A stretch of DNA of 64,000 nucleotides from an uncultured Phycisphaerales bacterium (GTDB taxonomy: Bacteria; Planctomycetota; Phycisphaerae; Tepidisphaerales; Tepidisphaeraceae), in assembly GCA_963758525.1 (NCBI GenBank), contig CAVWVQ010000003.1, forward strand, positions 1 through 64,000, in the 5' to 3' direction. The notes below the pieces were generated by a model. That model was not told where the DNA came from. It searched no databases and was given only the letters and a program-made list of their open reading frames with translations. Position numbers and translations under genes: made by a program. Of this stretch, positions 34,252 to 44,101 are shown piece after piece. The first letter of the stretch is position 1; every line of letters begins with the position of its first letter.

Positions 34252-35497
34252 TTATTTGGCGGGGTTCTCAGCTTTTTCGATGAACGGCCGCGGCATGGCG
34301 GTCCTGAAGTTGACGCCGGGATCGAAACGGAACCATGCGCGGGCGGATGCGATGGACGAGGAGATCACCAGCATTCCGCCGCGAGCTTCCTCGATCAGCC
34401 CAAGCTGCACGTTCCGCGGCGTAAAAAGCACCGGCGTCACTCCGGGTCGAATCAATGAGTGACATTCATCCAGCAGCTCCGACAACTCCCTTTCGCGATT
34501 CTGAGGAAGCCGCGCCAGCGCAGATAGAACGTCCGTGCGATGTTGCTTCCCGCGCCGGAGTCAGCGCCAGCCAATGATCGGCCCAGGCAACCATCCCAAC
34601 CTGCATCCCCTGCGCCAGCGCTGCCGATGCGAGCGAGCCGGCCATGGCAATGGTCCGCTCGACCAGCTCCGCGGAGGCAATCGTCTGCTCGGCGAGAAAA
34701 GTATCGACCAGCAGAAGCAGCCGGGGCGGGGCGACGCGAGTCATTTCCCTGGCGACCAGAGTCCCGGTGCGGGCGCTGCGCCTCCAGTAGATCAAACGCC
34801 TGTTCTCGCCGGAGCGGAATTCCTTCACACCATAGAATTCGTCGGAGCCGCCCGGTTGCGGGCGCACCGTGGATCCGGTCAACTCCGCCGATCGGCACAT
34901 CGCGACAAGGCGCTCATCAACTTCCGCCAGCGCGGGATAGATCAGCACACGGTCAGGATGGGCGTTAATGATGGCGCGCTTCACAAACCCGAAAGGAAAG
35001 CCGGTTCCGAGTTGGTAGCGCGCCAACTCGTGGAGGCCACGACGCTTCGGCAGGAGATCCGCGGGAACCGATGCGGTCATTCCCGCCGCTGCATGCAGAA
35101 GATAGCACTGCGGCTGCCTTGCGAAGCCTTCCACACCGTCCAGCTCGGCCAGGGAAACCGAGAGACTGGGCCAGAACCGCTTGGCGTTGGTGATCTCGTA
35201 AACCGCGCACATGGTGACGCCGACCACGCCGTGCTCGGGGAATACCCGGCGCACCTTCAGGCGGCGCACCACCAGCCGGCTGATGACGCCGCTGACCAGC
35301 AGCGTGCCGATCATCAGGCCGAAAATCCCAAAGAGCACGTTGGCGCGATTCTGCATCGCGGCCACGCCCATGAACAGCATGATCGCGGCGTAGATGAAGC
35401 CTGTCAGCGAAACGTCAATTCCAGGACGCTGCCGGACGATGGTTAATTCGTCCCACTTCTTTTCAAGCGCTGCAAGCGATGATCGCCGGAACATCAC
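34252..35497 (-). CDS. DUF58 domain protein, frameshifted near the C-terminus
   Basis: FPFGF, EFYGVKEFRSGE..IYWRRSAR; lies between MoxR and transglutaminase genes. Confidence 0.9.
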
Positions 35498-35510
35498 TAC
35501 CTCATTTGAA

Positions 35511-36442
35511 TCATCGCGGCGTAGACGCTTCGTCGAGAATTTTCTTGAGTATCACTTCCGTCCCCCCGCCGTCCCCGTTTTGCAGGTAAGACTTGCCGAG
35601 CACGCGATCGGCGCAAACCGCAATGAAGAGCGACTTCACGTCGTCAGGGGTGACGTAATCGCGGCCGTTCAAGACTGCCGACGCCTGGGAAGCCTGCGTC
35701 AGCGCCAACGCCCCGCGCGGCGAAACGCCCAGGCGCAATTCATCGCTCTCTCGCGTCGCCTCGATCAGGTCCATCACGTAGTCCAAAATCGCCGCGTCGA
35801 GTTTCACCTGCGGCACACCATCCTGCAGTTCGACCACCTCAGCCCCGCTCATCACCGGGTGCAACTGGCTCAGCGCATCGCGCCCAGGCTGAGTCAGGAG
35901 GATCTTTTGTTCGGCGCGGCGCTCGGGATAGCCGACGCGCACCTTCACCAGAAAACGGTCCATCTGGTTTTCCGGAAGATGATAGGTTCCCTCAAACTCG
36001 AACGGATTCTGCGTGGCGACCAGCATGAAGGGGCGCTGCAGAGTAAACGTCTGGTTTTCGACGCTGACCTGCTCTTCGCTCATCGCCTCCAGAAGCGCCG
36101 ATTGCGTTCGCGGCGTCGTGCGATTCACCTCGTCCGCCAGCACGATGTTCGCGAACACCGGACCCGGCTTGAAGTCGAACGCCTGCGTCTGGTTGTTGAA
36201 GATTGAAACGCCCAGGACGTCGCTGGGAAGCAGATCCGGCGTCAATTGGATTCGGCTGAATTTGCAGTCGATACTTTTGGCCAGCGAGCGAGCCAGCACC
36301 GTTTTGCCAACTCCCGGCACATCCTCGATGAGCACATGACCGCGCCAATCAACCCCACGATCAACAAATCCACCGCCCGGACATCGCCAAGAAACACTCT
36401 CCGGATATTCTCCCGAAGAGTGTCAAGTTTTGTTCGCGACAA
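35511..36442 (-). CDS. MoxR family AAA+ ATPase, one 5' frameshift
   Basis: IEDVPGVGKT, TPDLLPSD, LADEVNR, ATQNP. Confidence 0.95.
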
Positions 36443-36514
36443 GATTGCGCTCCATCGCCGGCCAATGCTGGCGAGTCATTTTAGCACGAGCCCGCCTGAT
36501 TTACACGGCGGCGG

Positions 36515-36820
36515 GTGAGGTCCGGTGATTGGTGCACGGAACGTGACAAGACGGGGGGAGGAGCAAACGTGAAGAGCGTCTCGGGCTCGCCGATGTTGCT
36601 CGGAGTCGCTTGCGTCGTCGCGGATGACAGATGAGCCTGTAAGGCCCGCGAAGGGCAAGCAACGCTCGACCCGTCGGCGAGCCCGATATCCTCCTCACGT
36701 TTCACGTTTTCACGTTTCATCCCCCCCTCTTGTCACGTTCCAATCACCAAATTCACGTTTCATCCCCCCTTTCTCACGTTCCAATCACCAGATTCACGTT
36801 CCAATCGTTCCAATCACGAT
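36515..36820. repeat. Degenerate heptamer-based tandem/inverted repeat tract
   Basis: Repeated TCACGTT(T/C) and TCACGTTCCAATCACC units (36695-36820) with an inverted arm at 36524-36572; related units at 51354-51430. Confidence 0.7.
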
Positions 36821-37731
36821 TCGACGTTCTTGGATCTATACGGCGTCATATCCATCCTCGGATACCGCCGGGCCACACCGGCGAGCGTCTCTTGATTCCA
36901 ATAGGGGTGACCCTGAGCGGGGAAACCGATCGCCTCTCGTTGTCGTGGCGTCGCCTGTTCCAGAAAGCGGCGCATCTCCGGCTTCTCCCCAAACCGCGAC
37001 CACTGGTTATATCCGGCAAAGGGAAAGCGTGCGCTGCGGTAAACCAGATGATGCGTAAACCGCACGCCATGCTCGGCAAGCATCTCCGACGCCCGATGGA
37101 ACGTACTCATGGAAAAAATCAGCAAGCCTCCGGCGTCGATCAGCACCTTCTTCTCACGCCGATAGAGTCCGGAATATTGTGTGCGCGGACGAAACGGCGG
37201 CCAAAGCTCGTCCGGCTTCCGCCCCGTTGGCACAACGCAGGTGGGCCCCATCGTGTCATCCACGTCAGTGTAATACAGAATCATGTTCACCTGGCGGAAC
37301 GGGCCGTCGTCGCGCGGATAAACGAGCGTGTTTCCCTCGAAATCCACGTGCATCGGCTGCTCGAAACTCCCCGTGCCAGCGTATTTCGCCCAGATGGCGG
37401 ATTGCGAAAGCATTATTTCGCGATCACCCAGAAGCGATTCGACAAATGAGATGATGCGCGGATGCGTCGCAATGTTGTTCAGGGCATCGCCAGCGTAGGG
37501 AAACTCTATCTGCTGATATTCCGCCTCCTCGAGAATAGCGCCATACCGCTGCGGCGCGGCCGCCAGTTCCTCCGGCGACGGAAAATATCGCAGCATATTG
37601 GCGCGAGCCGCCGCAATCTCGACCGGCATCAGAAACTTCGGAACAACCGTGTAACCCTGCCGTTTGAGTTGGGTTCGATGCTTCGCATCAATTTCGGGAT
37701 GAGGCGCCATGCGACGCGGTTTTCGCGTCAC
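36814..37731 (-). CDS. Phytanoyl-CoA dioxygenase (PhyH) family 2OG-Fe(II) oxygenase
   Basis: QGYTVVP, HVD facial-triad motif, GPTCVVP, FHRAS. Confidence 0.88.
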   Translation of the reverse strand: MTRKPRRMAPHPEIDAKHRTQLKRQGYTVVPKFLMPVEIAAARANMLRYFPSPEELAAAPQRYGAILEEAEYQQIEFPYAGDALNNIATHPRIISFVESLLGDREIMLSQSAIWAKYAGTGSFEQPMHVDFEGNTLVYPRDDGPFRQVNMILYYTDVDDTMGPTCVVPTGRKPDELWPPFRPRTQYSGLYRREKKVLIDAGGLLIFSMSTFHRASEMLAEHGVRFTHHLVYRSARFPFAGYNQWSRFGEKPEMRRFLEQATPRQREAIGFPAQGHPYWNQETLAGVARRYPRMDMTPYRSKNVES

Positions 37732-38291
37732 GAGCGAACCTCCAGGTTGGAGAGCAGTCCCTCGAACAGATCCGCGGTCTGATGCTGTGCGGTCCAGTGA
37801 CGGATGTACGCGAGGTCAAGTTTCGACTTTTGCAACCGAATCACGTCCGCGGCGTCGGAGATATCCTTGGCACGCTTCCCGCTTCGCGACCACCGGAGCT
37901 TTTGGATGATCACGTCTTCCGCGGTGGGCAGCCAGGTAGGATGCCCTTCGAAATTCACCTGTTGCCGACGGGCAAAGCGTGATTGGTCGTGCGGATCATT
38001 CGTCAGCAGGAACAGTTCGATCTTGAACGCAGTCGCCGGGTGGTGAATGAGGTAGCGAGTGGTCATCGTGATGGTTTCAAATGATATTTGCGGGTCGAAT
38101 TGAAAGTCCGGGCCGAGGGCACCCCGAAGAGCACCGAGTTGGTCTTCAGAGAGGAGCAGTACGAAATCCGCATCCTGCGTCGATCGCGGGCGTCCATAGT
38201 AGTTGCTGGAATAGGAGCCGACCAACATGTAGGGAATGGCAAGTTGGTCGAAGATTCCGAGCAGGTAGAGTACGAGGTCGGTCGCGCTCAC
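37728..38291 (-). CDS. Nucleotidyltransferase-fold protein (putative TA component)
   Basis: PYMLVGSYSSNYYGRPRSTQDADF, TAEDVIIQKL, KDISD. Confidence 0.75.
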   Translation of the reverse strand: MSATDLVLYLLGIFDQLAIPYMLVGSYSSNYYGRPRSTQDADFVLLLSEDQLGALRGALGPDFQFDPQISFETITMTTRYLIHHPATAFKIELFLLTNDPHDQSRFARRQQVNFEGHPTWLPTAEDVIIQKLRWSRSGKRAKDISDAADVIRLQKSKLDLAYIRHWTAQHQTADLFEGLLSNLEVRS

Positions 38292-38518
38292 TCCACGTTC
38301 TCCTCGGCCGCTCTCGCGTCATCAAGGCGCCGGCGAAGCTCGGCCATCGCCTGCTCCGGTGTGAATTCCGGATGCTGATTGCGAATCCCCGCAAGCGTCC
38401 ACCTGCAGGCATCATCGAACAAGTCACCGCCAGCCCGCAACTTTTGGGAAGGGGTCATCAGCCGGGCCTGCTCGATGTCTTCGGCATCGAGTTTCAAGAT
38501 CAGTTCGTCCAGGGACAT
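38288..38518 (-). CDS. Small partner protein of the nucleotidyltransferase
   Basis: ARLMTPSQKL..LAGIRNQHPE; 4-nt overlap with the downstream gene. Confidence 0.7.
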   Translation of the reverse strand: MSLDELILKLDAEDIEQARLMTPSQKLRAGGDLFDDACRWTLAGIRNQHPEFTPEQAMAELRRRLDDARAAEENVE

Positions 38519-38615
38519 ACTCGACGGAGTATATCCCCCGATGCGCGTTGCGCGAATCGCGAAGCATGGAGGACGATCGACGATTTACGTCAGTGAGCGA
38601 AAACCGCTGAAGTAC

Positions 38616-38730
38616 CCAGGTTAGCCGCGACGCGCCGCGGAGCGCGTCCAGCGGCGCGTCCTGACGAATGCCGTCCGAGCCGCTATTGCGCCGTTAGACG
38701 CGCTTCGCTGCGCGTCGCGGCTAACCCTGG
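38616..38730. repeat. REP-like palindromic pair (TTAGCCGC family)
   Basis: GGTTAGCCGCGACGCG (38619-38634) / CGCGTCGCGGCTAACC (38711-38726); related copies at 40760-40866 and 60969-61046. Confidence 0.75.
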
Positions 38731-38752
38731 CGGTCGGTCAGGCAAGTTTGAT

Positions 38753-39493
38753 CTATCTGGGCGGCTCCGGTGGCGATGCGTCGGGGCCGCCTGCATCTGG
38801 TCGAGGAACACCCGGACGACCCGGCTCGCCGGGAGGTCCGACAGGTGGGCCGTCATCTTCTCCGCGGAAGTCACGACCGGGAGGGCCGGGGGAATGGCGA
38901 TGTTCATCGGCTCCGTCGCCGGGCCGATCGTCTGGGCCGTCCGGCCCGTCGGGACCGGGGCCATGCCGCATCCCAGGCATTCTTCCAGGTCCGTCCGGCG
39001 GCCCCATTTCTCCGCCCGGGCCTCCGGGATGATGGAAATCGCGCCACGGCGGAGCGTCGGGCATCATTCGCGAACGCATCGCCTCGAAGTGCTGGTCCCA
39101 CTGCGCGAACTGCACGTCGGTCAGCGTCTTCTTCATCGCCGCCCGCAGCTTTTCGTGTTCGGCCGTCAGCTTCACGATCATGTCCGAACGCAGCTTTTTA
39201 ATTGCCGCAAGGCTCTGAGCATAGGCATCCGTCACCTGCTGGCTCTGCTCTGGCGTGAGGTTCAACTCACGCGTCATGTGTGAGACAATCGGCGCGGGAC
39301 TGAAATTCGGAACGCCCGGCGCCGGCCCCGCATCTGGCAGCGTCGCATCAACCGGGGTCGGCGGCTTATGGAAAAACAACGCCCCGCCGGCTCCGATTCC
39401 GCTCCCGCTCAATACGAGAACGGCGCCCCAGAGAATCAGGGCTCGCCGACCAGATTGATCGCGCCGCGACGAGATGGCTTCCGAAGTGCTCAT
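38753..39493 (-). CDS. Periplasmic Spy/CpxP-like protein with a Pro/Gly-rich tail
   Basis: GGAGG RBS, TM anchor, ELNLTPEQ and LTDVQ motifs. Confidence 0.65.
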   Translation of the reverse strand: MSTSEAISSRRDQSGRRALILWGAVLVLSGSGIGAGGALFFHKPPTPVDATLPDAGPAPGVPNFSPAPIVSHMTRELNLTPEQSQQVTDAYAQSLAAIKKLRSDMIVKLTAEHEKLRAAMKKTLTDVQFAQWDQHFEAMRSRMMPDAPPWRDFHHPGGPGGEMGPPDGPGRMPGMRHGPGPDGPDGPDDRPGDGADEHRHSPGPPGRDFRGEDDGPPVGPPGEPGRPGVPRPDAGGPDASPPEPPR

Positions 39494-39566
39494 GATCCTC
39501 CCTCGGGGTGCCGGGGGAGGGGACAATCCGGACAAGACTCATGCAGCGCGTACCTGATCACGCTCA

Positions 39567-39845
39567 TTAGTTCACTCCCATCTTCAGGGGAGAAAATAAA
39601 ACGCTCATGCTATCCGACGAAGACGCTGCGGGAGTCGTCGTCGTGCTTGAGATGTGCTGTGCATGAAGTCCCAACGCCAGCAACAAGCACGCGGCAACGA
39701 GAGAACCGATCGCCGACAGCGAAAGCGCCGTCTTTGGCAGGCGATATGCCAGCGGTTCAACGCGGGGCGCGACAACGCGCACCATCGGAATAATTTCCTG
39801 GCGCGCCCGCTCGGCCAGTTTGTCAATCCACTGCAGCGATTCCAT
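39567..39845 (-). CDS. Probable single-TM anti-sigma factor
   Basis: Overlaps the ECF sigma stop; one TM helix. Confidence 0.6.
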   Translation of the reverse strand: MESLQWIDKLAERARQEIIPMVRVVAPRVEPLAYRLPKTALSLSAIGSLVAACLLLALGLHAQHISSTTTTPAASSSDSMSVLFSPLKMGVN

Positions 39846-40410
39846 CGGACAGACTCCCAAATCTTTGCGGAAGCTCGCTGGCGTCGGCAATTGCTTTCAG
39901 TTTACGCCTTGCGCGCACCAATCTCATCTTCACCACCGCCCGGTTCCATCCGGTTCGCTCGGCGATCTGCAGCGTGTCGCATTCCTCGAAATACATCAGC
40001 GACAATACAAGTCGATCCGCAGCCGGCAACTTCGCCAGAAGCTCGTGCAGCATTCTTGCCGCATCAGATGCCTCCAAAGACTCGACCGGGCCTGGCGCTG
40101 CGCTTTGCCATTGATCATGCAGCGCGACTGCTCTTTCCCGGCCCTTGCGTTTCCAATGCCGATAGCCGACGCGGGTTGCGATGCGCCGCAGCCAATGTTC
40201 AAACGGGACGCCCTGTCGTCGATACCGCGGAAGTGAATAAAACAGTTCGACGAAAACGTCCTGAGTCAGCTCTTCCCAGACCACCCGGTCGCGGCTGAAA
40301 CGCCACATCTGCCGGCCCACGTCCTTCTCGTACTGCTTGACCAGCGATGCCCAGCAGCGCTGGTCACCAGACAGGCAAGCTTGAATTGCCAGCTCAGTCG
40401 GCTCCGACAC
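39823..40410 (-). CDS. ECF RNA polymerase sigma factor
   Basis: EELTQDVF, FEHWLRRIA (region 2); LPAADRLVL..IAERTG..VKMRLVRAR (region 4). Confidence 0.92.
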   Translation of the reverse strand: MSEPTELAIQACLSGDQRCWASLVKQYEKDVGRQMWRFSRDRVVWEELTQDVFVELFYSLPRYRRQGVPFEHWLRRIATRVGYRHWKRKGRERAVALHDQWQSAAPGPVESLEASDAARMLHELLAKLPAADRLVLSLMYFEECDTLQIAERTGWNRAVVKMRLVRARRKLKAIADASELPQRFGSLSDGIAAVD

Positions 40411-40717
40411 CCAGCCTCCGCACCGATCAACCGTCGCTCACACGAATCCATCGGAACCGCCTACCATATCCTCTCAACTCAATTCCTGAAAAGCCTTTGC
40501 AAAAGGTTCGTATTCACAAAGCTAATGGCCGCAGACAGTTCTGTGGTAACCGGTATTTCAGCAACTGCGATGATTGCTGCAAGTTGTTAATTGAATACGA
40601 GTTACGGCGGCGCCCGGTCGATGGAGCTTCCCGCGAAGCGGCGACGCCCGCCGAAGTGTGTTCGTGTTGAGCGTACCGAACGCTCCGGTGCGCATCGCTA
40701 ACCCGGCTACCCGCGGC

Positions 40718-40888
40718 TAAGAGCCCGTTTCAGAACCCTAAAGGCCTTCCGTCACCTGCTTAGCCGCACCGCGCAGCAAAGCGCGTCCAACGGCGTTTTC
40801 CGCCAGTTTTGACGCAATCTGTCAATACGCGCTCTCGGACGCGCTTCGCTGCGCGGCGCGGCTAAACAGGCTCTGAAACCGCCTCTAA
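40718..40888. mobile_element. MITE-like element with TAA target duplication and an internal REP pair
   Basis: TIRs GAGCCCGTTTCAGA (40721-40734) / TCTGAAACCGCCTC (40872-40885), 12/14 match, flanked by TAA on both sides. Confidence 0.55.
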
Positions 40889-41194
40889 ACTGCGGGCTTC
40901 TCGGAAGAAATTATTTCCGTCGTTGCCGATCAGCGACGTTGGTCCATTCATCCGGTGCACGGCCGGGATGGCATACCCTGACTCCTCAATCAGGTGCCGC
41001 GATTGAACGCCGAGCACTCTTTTCAACGTCTTCAGCGCCTCAGAGAGGGACGGCCAGCGTGGCCGTCCCTCTCCAATGCGCCGTCAGTGTTCGCAACTCC
41101 TTGCATCCGACTGCGGACTGAACAAGCCGGCTGTCGTCCAACAAGCGACGTTTGACGCATTTTCTGCCAACCGATACGTTAGCATCACAACCCG

Positions 41195-41281
41195 GGAGGA
41201 GTGGCAGAGTGGTCGAATGCGCCGGTCTTGAAAACCGGTGGGCCCGCAAGGGTCCCGTGAGTTCGAATCTCACCTCCTCCG
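41195..41281 (+). tRNA. tRNA-Ser(TGA)
   Basis: GGAGGAG acceptor, CCGGT-CTTGAAA-ACCGG, long variable arm, G73; upstream TTGACG-17-TACGTT promoter. Confidence 0.95.
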
Positions 41282-41311
41282 ATTTTGCCGAAGGCAAATT
41301 GAGCAACTCCC

Positions 41312-41662
41312 ATGGCGGCAGAACTCAATTATTCCGTGCCCGAGCGTCGGTCTCGCCGGTTGGTGGTCGATATGAGTTATCTCGTCGGCTCTTGCATGTG
41401 TTATGTCTCCGCAATAGTTGGAGAGGTAATCATGCCAGGTTCGCCGCATCGATGGGACCCCGCGGTGCACTGGGCAGTCTTCTTCGCACATGTCTCAGCC
41501 GGAACTTGCGGCCTGTTGTTCTGTTGGGGACTCCTGGACATCGTTCGATGCGGCTGGGCGTCGATGCCGCCTCTCGTGAGGGCAGTTTGGGTCGCCAATG
41601 GCATTCTTCCGTTTCTAAGCTTCTGCTTCACACGCAGCGGGCTTCCTATTCTGTATCGATGA
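41312..41662 (+). CDS. Hypothetical membrane protein
   Basis: 116-aa ORF with three hydrophobic segments. Confidence 0.45.
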   Translation: MAAELNYSVPERRSRRLVVDMSYLVGSCMCYVSAIVGEVIMPGSPHRWDPAVHWAVFFAHVSAGTCGLLFCWGLLDIVRCGWASMPPLVRAVWVANGILPFLSFCFTRSGLPILYR

Positions 41663-41826
41663 CGCCAACTGGACGGTACACATGGCACGCACCTATATCT
41701 ATGAATCGGGCCGTGGCTATCCAAACCGCTCCCGTTTCGACGCGCACATCCCTCGTGCAAGGATCCGGTCCTGCCGAACAAATCGGCGCGCAGTGCGCGC
41801 ACCGGCAGGAGTCCACGTGGCGACTG

Positions 41827-42666
41827 CTACCGCACAGCCCGAAACGCGACCGACAGAGCAAAGAGAGTCGCCGCCAAGGCGAGATTCAGCCCGAGAACAA
41901 GCAGCATCGCGGCGTACAAAACCACCGACCCCTGCAACAGTCGCTGGCATGCCTGCAGCGAAAGCTGCCCGGCAAACGTCAATGTGAGCAGATTGAAGAG
42001 AAACACAAGGGCCACCAAAGCCACGAATCCCCCGGCGGCCCCGTTCATGTCCGATCTGCTCAAAGTGATATGGCTCCCGATGCAAAACAGCAGATAGGCG
42101 AAAATCCAGAATTGCCACGATGAGACAACCGATGGGCGGAACAGCAGCATCAAAAGCTGCAACACCAAGGCGAAGACTTTGGATCCGATCGCCGCCAGGC
42201 CCGCGGAATTATTTGAAGGGGCGACGTTGCGAATTGCATCGCTCGCCGATGAACCCAGAAGATACCAAGCCAACAGGCAAACCAGCGTGGTCCCGAACCA
42301 GATCGGGCCGGTGCCGATGAAGAAGTTGCCGATTCTCTGGTAGATGCTTCTGGGGTTGTATGAATGCTGAACGGAGCCGAGCGTGCCGTCGCTGCCCGGC
42401 TTGAACAAGTGCATGCTGACGATCCGATGTCGGAAGATCACGCAGAAGAATGCATGCCCCAATTCGTGAACCATCACTCCCGGAGCGGTGAGATACGTGT
42501 AGGCATTTCGGCCGAGAATTCTCGCCGCTCGACCTCGCACGACTTGCGACAGATAGTCCAGCATGAAGGCCAGGACCAGTACTGGCCCCAGTACGATCAC
42601 GACCTGCTTCAATGTCAGCAGCACGCTCTGCCCCACATAATCGAGAATCGGCTGGATCACGGACAC
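41827..42666 (-). CDS. M50-like membrane metalloprotease
   Basis: PGVMVHELGHA (HExxH), GTLGSV, FIGTGP, LSRSD; multiple TMs. Confidence 0.8.
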   Translation of the reverse strand: MSVIQPILDYVGQSVLLTLKQVVIVLGPVLVLAFMLDYLSQVVRGRAARILGRNAYTYLTAPGVMVHELGHAFFCVIFRHRIVSMHLFKPGSDGTLGSVQHSYNPRSIYQRIGNFFIGTGPIWFGTTLVCLLAWYLLGSSASDAIRNVAPSNNSAGLAAIGSKVFALVLQLLMLLFRPSVVSSWQFWIFAYLLFCIGSHITLSRSDMNGAAGGFVALVALVFLFNLLTLTFAGQLSLQACQRLLQGSVVLYAAMLLVLGLNLALAATLFALSVAFRAVR

Positions 42667-42840
42667 CGGCTACTTCCCGAAGAACCTGCGCAATCCCGCC
42701 CCGATCCGCAGTGACCAAGAAACGCGGTACACGAATCGACACGAATTTCGCACGAATCTTCACGAAGCAGATTCGCCGAGCATCATGTTGATCACCGAGC
42801 GGTCACTTGCGCTTCGACCGCGAAAATCCGACAGACTTCT

Positions 42841-43213
42841 TCAGCTCTCCATCACCTCATAAACGATTGGACACGTCAACGTCCGGTCGACCATTGCCAT
42901 CGTGCGGAAGACAAAATCCGGCTCGTACAGATACGGATATCCCCGGCAATTGGCTGGTCGGTCTTCGTAAACGCTGCAGCGGTTGTCCTTCAGAAATGGA
43001 CACGGCGTCATTCGCGTTCGCCACGGGTTCTCGGCTCCAAATTCGGTCGGTTCGAGATAGGCGTCGATGAATGTCGGCTTAACCTCCTTGCAGCAGTTTG
43101 CGCAGCTTGTGCAATCGATTCCCGCCCAGACTCGCTTGGTCAGCTCAAGGACACGCTCATCCAACTCCGCCGGGTCCAACTCGCACCGATCCTTCAAGAA
43201 CGGCGGAATCTCC
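42841..43213 (-). pseudogene. YkgJ/CxxCxxCC cysteine-cluster protein, apparently eroded
   Basis: CTSCANCC, CPFL..CSVYEDRPANCRGYP; no clean start and a short linker. Confidence 0.6.
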
Positions 43214-43382
43214 AGTTCTCATCTTTCTTTTGTTGGGCCAACACGCGCAGCTTGAGTGGTTCGACGGGCATCGAACGCAGGATACAAAATCCTGGCAGTT
43301 TTTGCAGGCGAGCAATCGTCGTCATCGACCTTTCTCGCCTTTGGAGTGTCGTTTAAAAAAGGGCGCAGCACATAACGCTCGG

Positions 43383-43525
43383 CCATCCGTCTTCTTCTTG
43401 AATCGCTGGAAGATGGCGGTTTCGTGGCGGCCAGCGCCGATATGCCGGGCCTTGTCACCGAGGGCCGATTAAGCACCGGAACCGTTGAGATTGCACAAGG
43501 GCTGGCGCAAAATTACCAAATCGCG
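43383..43525 (+). pseudogene. HicB-like antitoxin fragment
   Basis: Manual translation: AIRLLLESLEDGGFVAASADMPGLVTEGRLSTGTVEIAQGLA; no start, no hicA. Confidence 0.6.
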
Positions 43526-43527
43526 TT

Positions 43528-43619
43528 TTCCGGACCGAGGGTGCAAGCACCACTCGGCGTTCAAAATCGCTAAACGCTCTTCGCGAACGCCGAGCGGTGC
43601 TTGCACCCTCGGTCTGGAA
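43528..43619. repeat. Long palindrome (REP-like pair) downstream of the tRNA trio
   Basis: 35-nt arms 43528-43562 and 43585-43619, 33/35 complementary. Confidence 0.75.
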
Positions 43620-43672
43620 GCTGTGTGCTGCCGACGCATGATCACTCTCGTCCCCATCCGCCGCTCCCGAAG

Positions 43673-43745
43673 CGCGCCGCGCAGGGATCGAACCTGCCGC
43701 TTCTCGATTTGGAATCGAGCGTTCCGCCATTGGAACTTGCGACGC
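43673..43745 (-). tRNA. tRNA-Trp(CCA), non-canonical
   Basis: GCGTCGC/GCGGCGC acceptor, CTCGA-TTCCAAA-TCGAG, GCAGG-TTCGATC-CCTGC, G73; A8 instead of U8. Confidence 0.8.
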
Positions 43746-43760
43746 GAGGTGAATGCGCTT

Positions 43761-43846
43761 GGAGTCCGGCGACAAGTCGCTCGGCTCTGCGCTGACGCGA
43801 CGAATGCGCCCCCTTGGTATAAGAGACATCGTCAACACCGGACTCT
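43761..43846. repeat. REP-like element between tRNA-Tyr and tRNA-Trp
   Basis: 43766-43800 is 34/35 identical to 57798-57832; ends GAGTCCGG/CCGGACTC. Confidence 0.7.
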
Positions 43847-43850
43847 CTGA

Positions 43851-43936
43851 TGCGCAGGGAGGGATTTGAACCCCCGTAGGGTCGTGGACCCGTCGGTTTT
43901 ACGGACCGATGCGATTAGCCGCTCTGCCACCTGCGC
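43851..43936 (-). tRNA. tRNA-Tyr(GTA), non-canonical
   Basis: GCGCAGG/CCTGCGC acceptor, TCGGT-CCGTAAA-ACCGA, long variable arm GGGT/ACCC, A73; C33 instead of U33. Confidence 0.8.
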
Positions 43937-43974
43937 GAATTTCATTTTCTTGCTCCATCTCAAAACCGTCTCGA

Positions 43975-44047
43975 AGCCGCGTGCTGGAGTTGAACCAGCG
44001 ACCGGTCGCTTACGAGGCGACTGCTCTGCCAACTGAGCTACCGCGGC
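43975..44047 (-). tRNA. tRNA-Thr(CGT), slightly non-canonical
   Basis: GCC start, GTCGC-CTCGTAA-GCGAC, GCTGG-TTCAACT-CCAGC; G7-A66 mismatch. Confidence 0.85.
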
Positions 44048-44054
44048 GATGTTT

Positions 44055-44101
44055 TCAATTCACATGGGGGCTTGCTACGTTCAAACGCCAGCTTTTGCCA
44101 T
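44055..44101 (-). pseudogene. Remnant/mini-ORF matching the EF-Tu N-terminus
   Basis: ATGGCAAAAGCTGGCGTTTGAACGTAGCAAGCCCCCATGTGAATTGA reads MAKAAFERSKPHVN* after removing one G and one C; AAGGAG upstream. Confidence 0.6.

Noticed and set aside
36515..36820. Possible CRISPR array
   Set aside because: Units are short, degenerate and lack unique constant-length spacers; no cas genes in the window
40579..40606. Possible dif/Xer site (GCAAGTTGTTAATTGAATACGAGTTACG)
   Set aside because: Only loosely palindromic and lacks the TTATGTTAAA XerD arm
43528..43619. A fourth tRNA in the cluster
   Set aside because: It is one long hairpin with no D-loop, T-loop or anticodon arm
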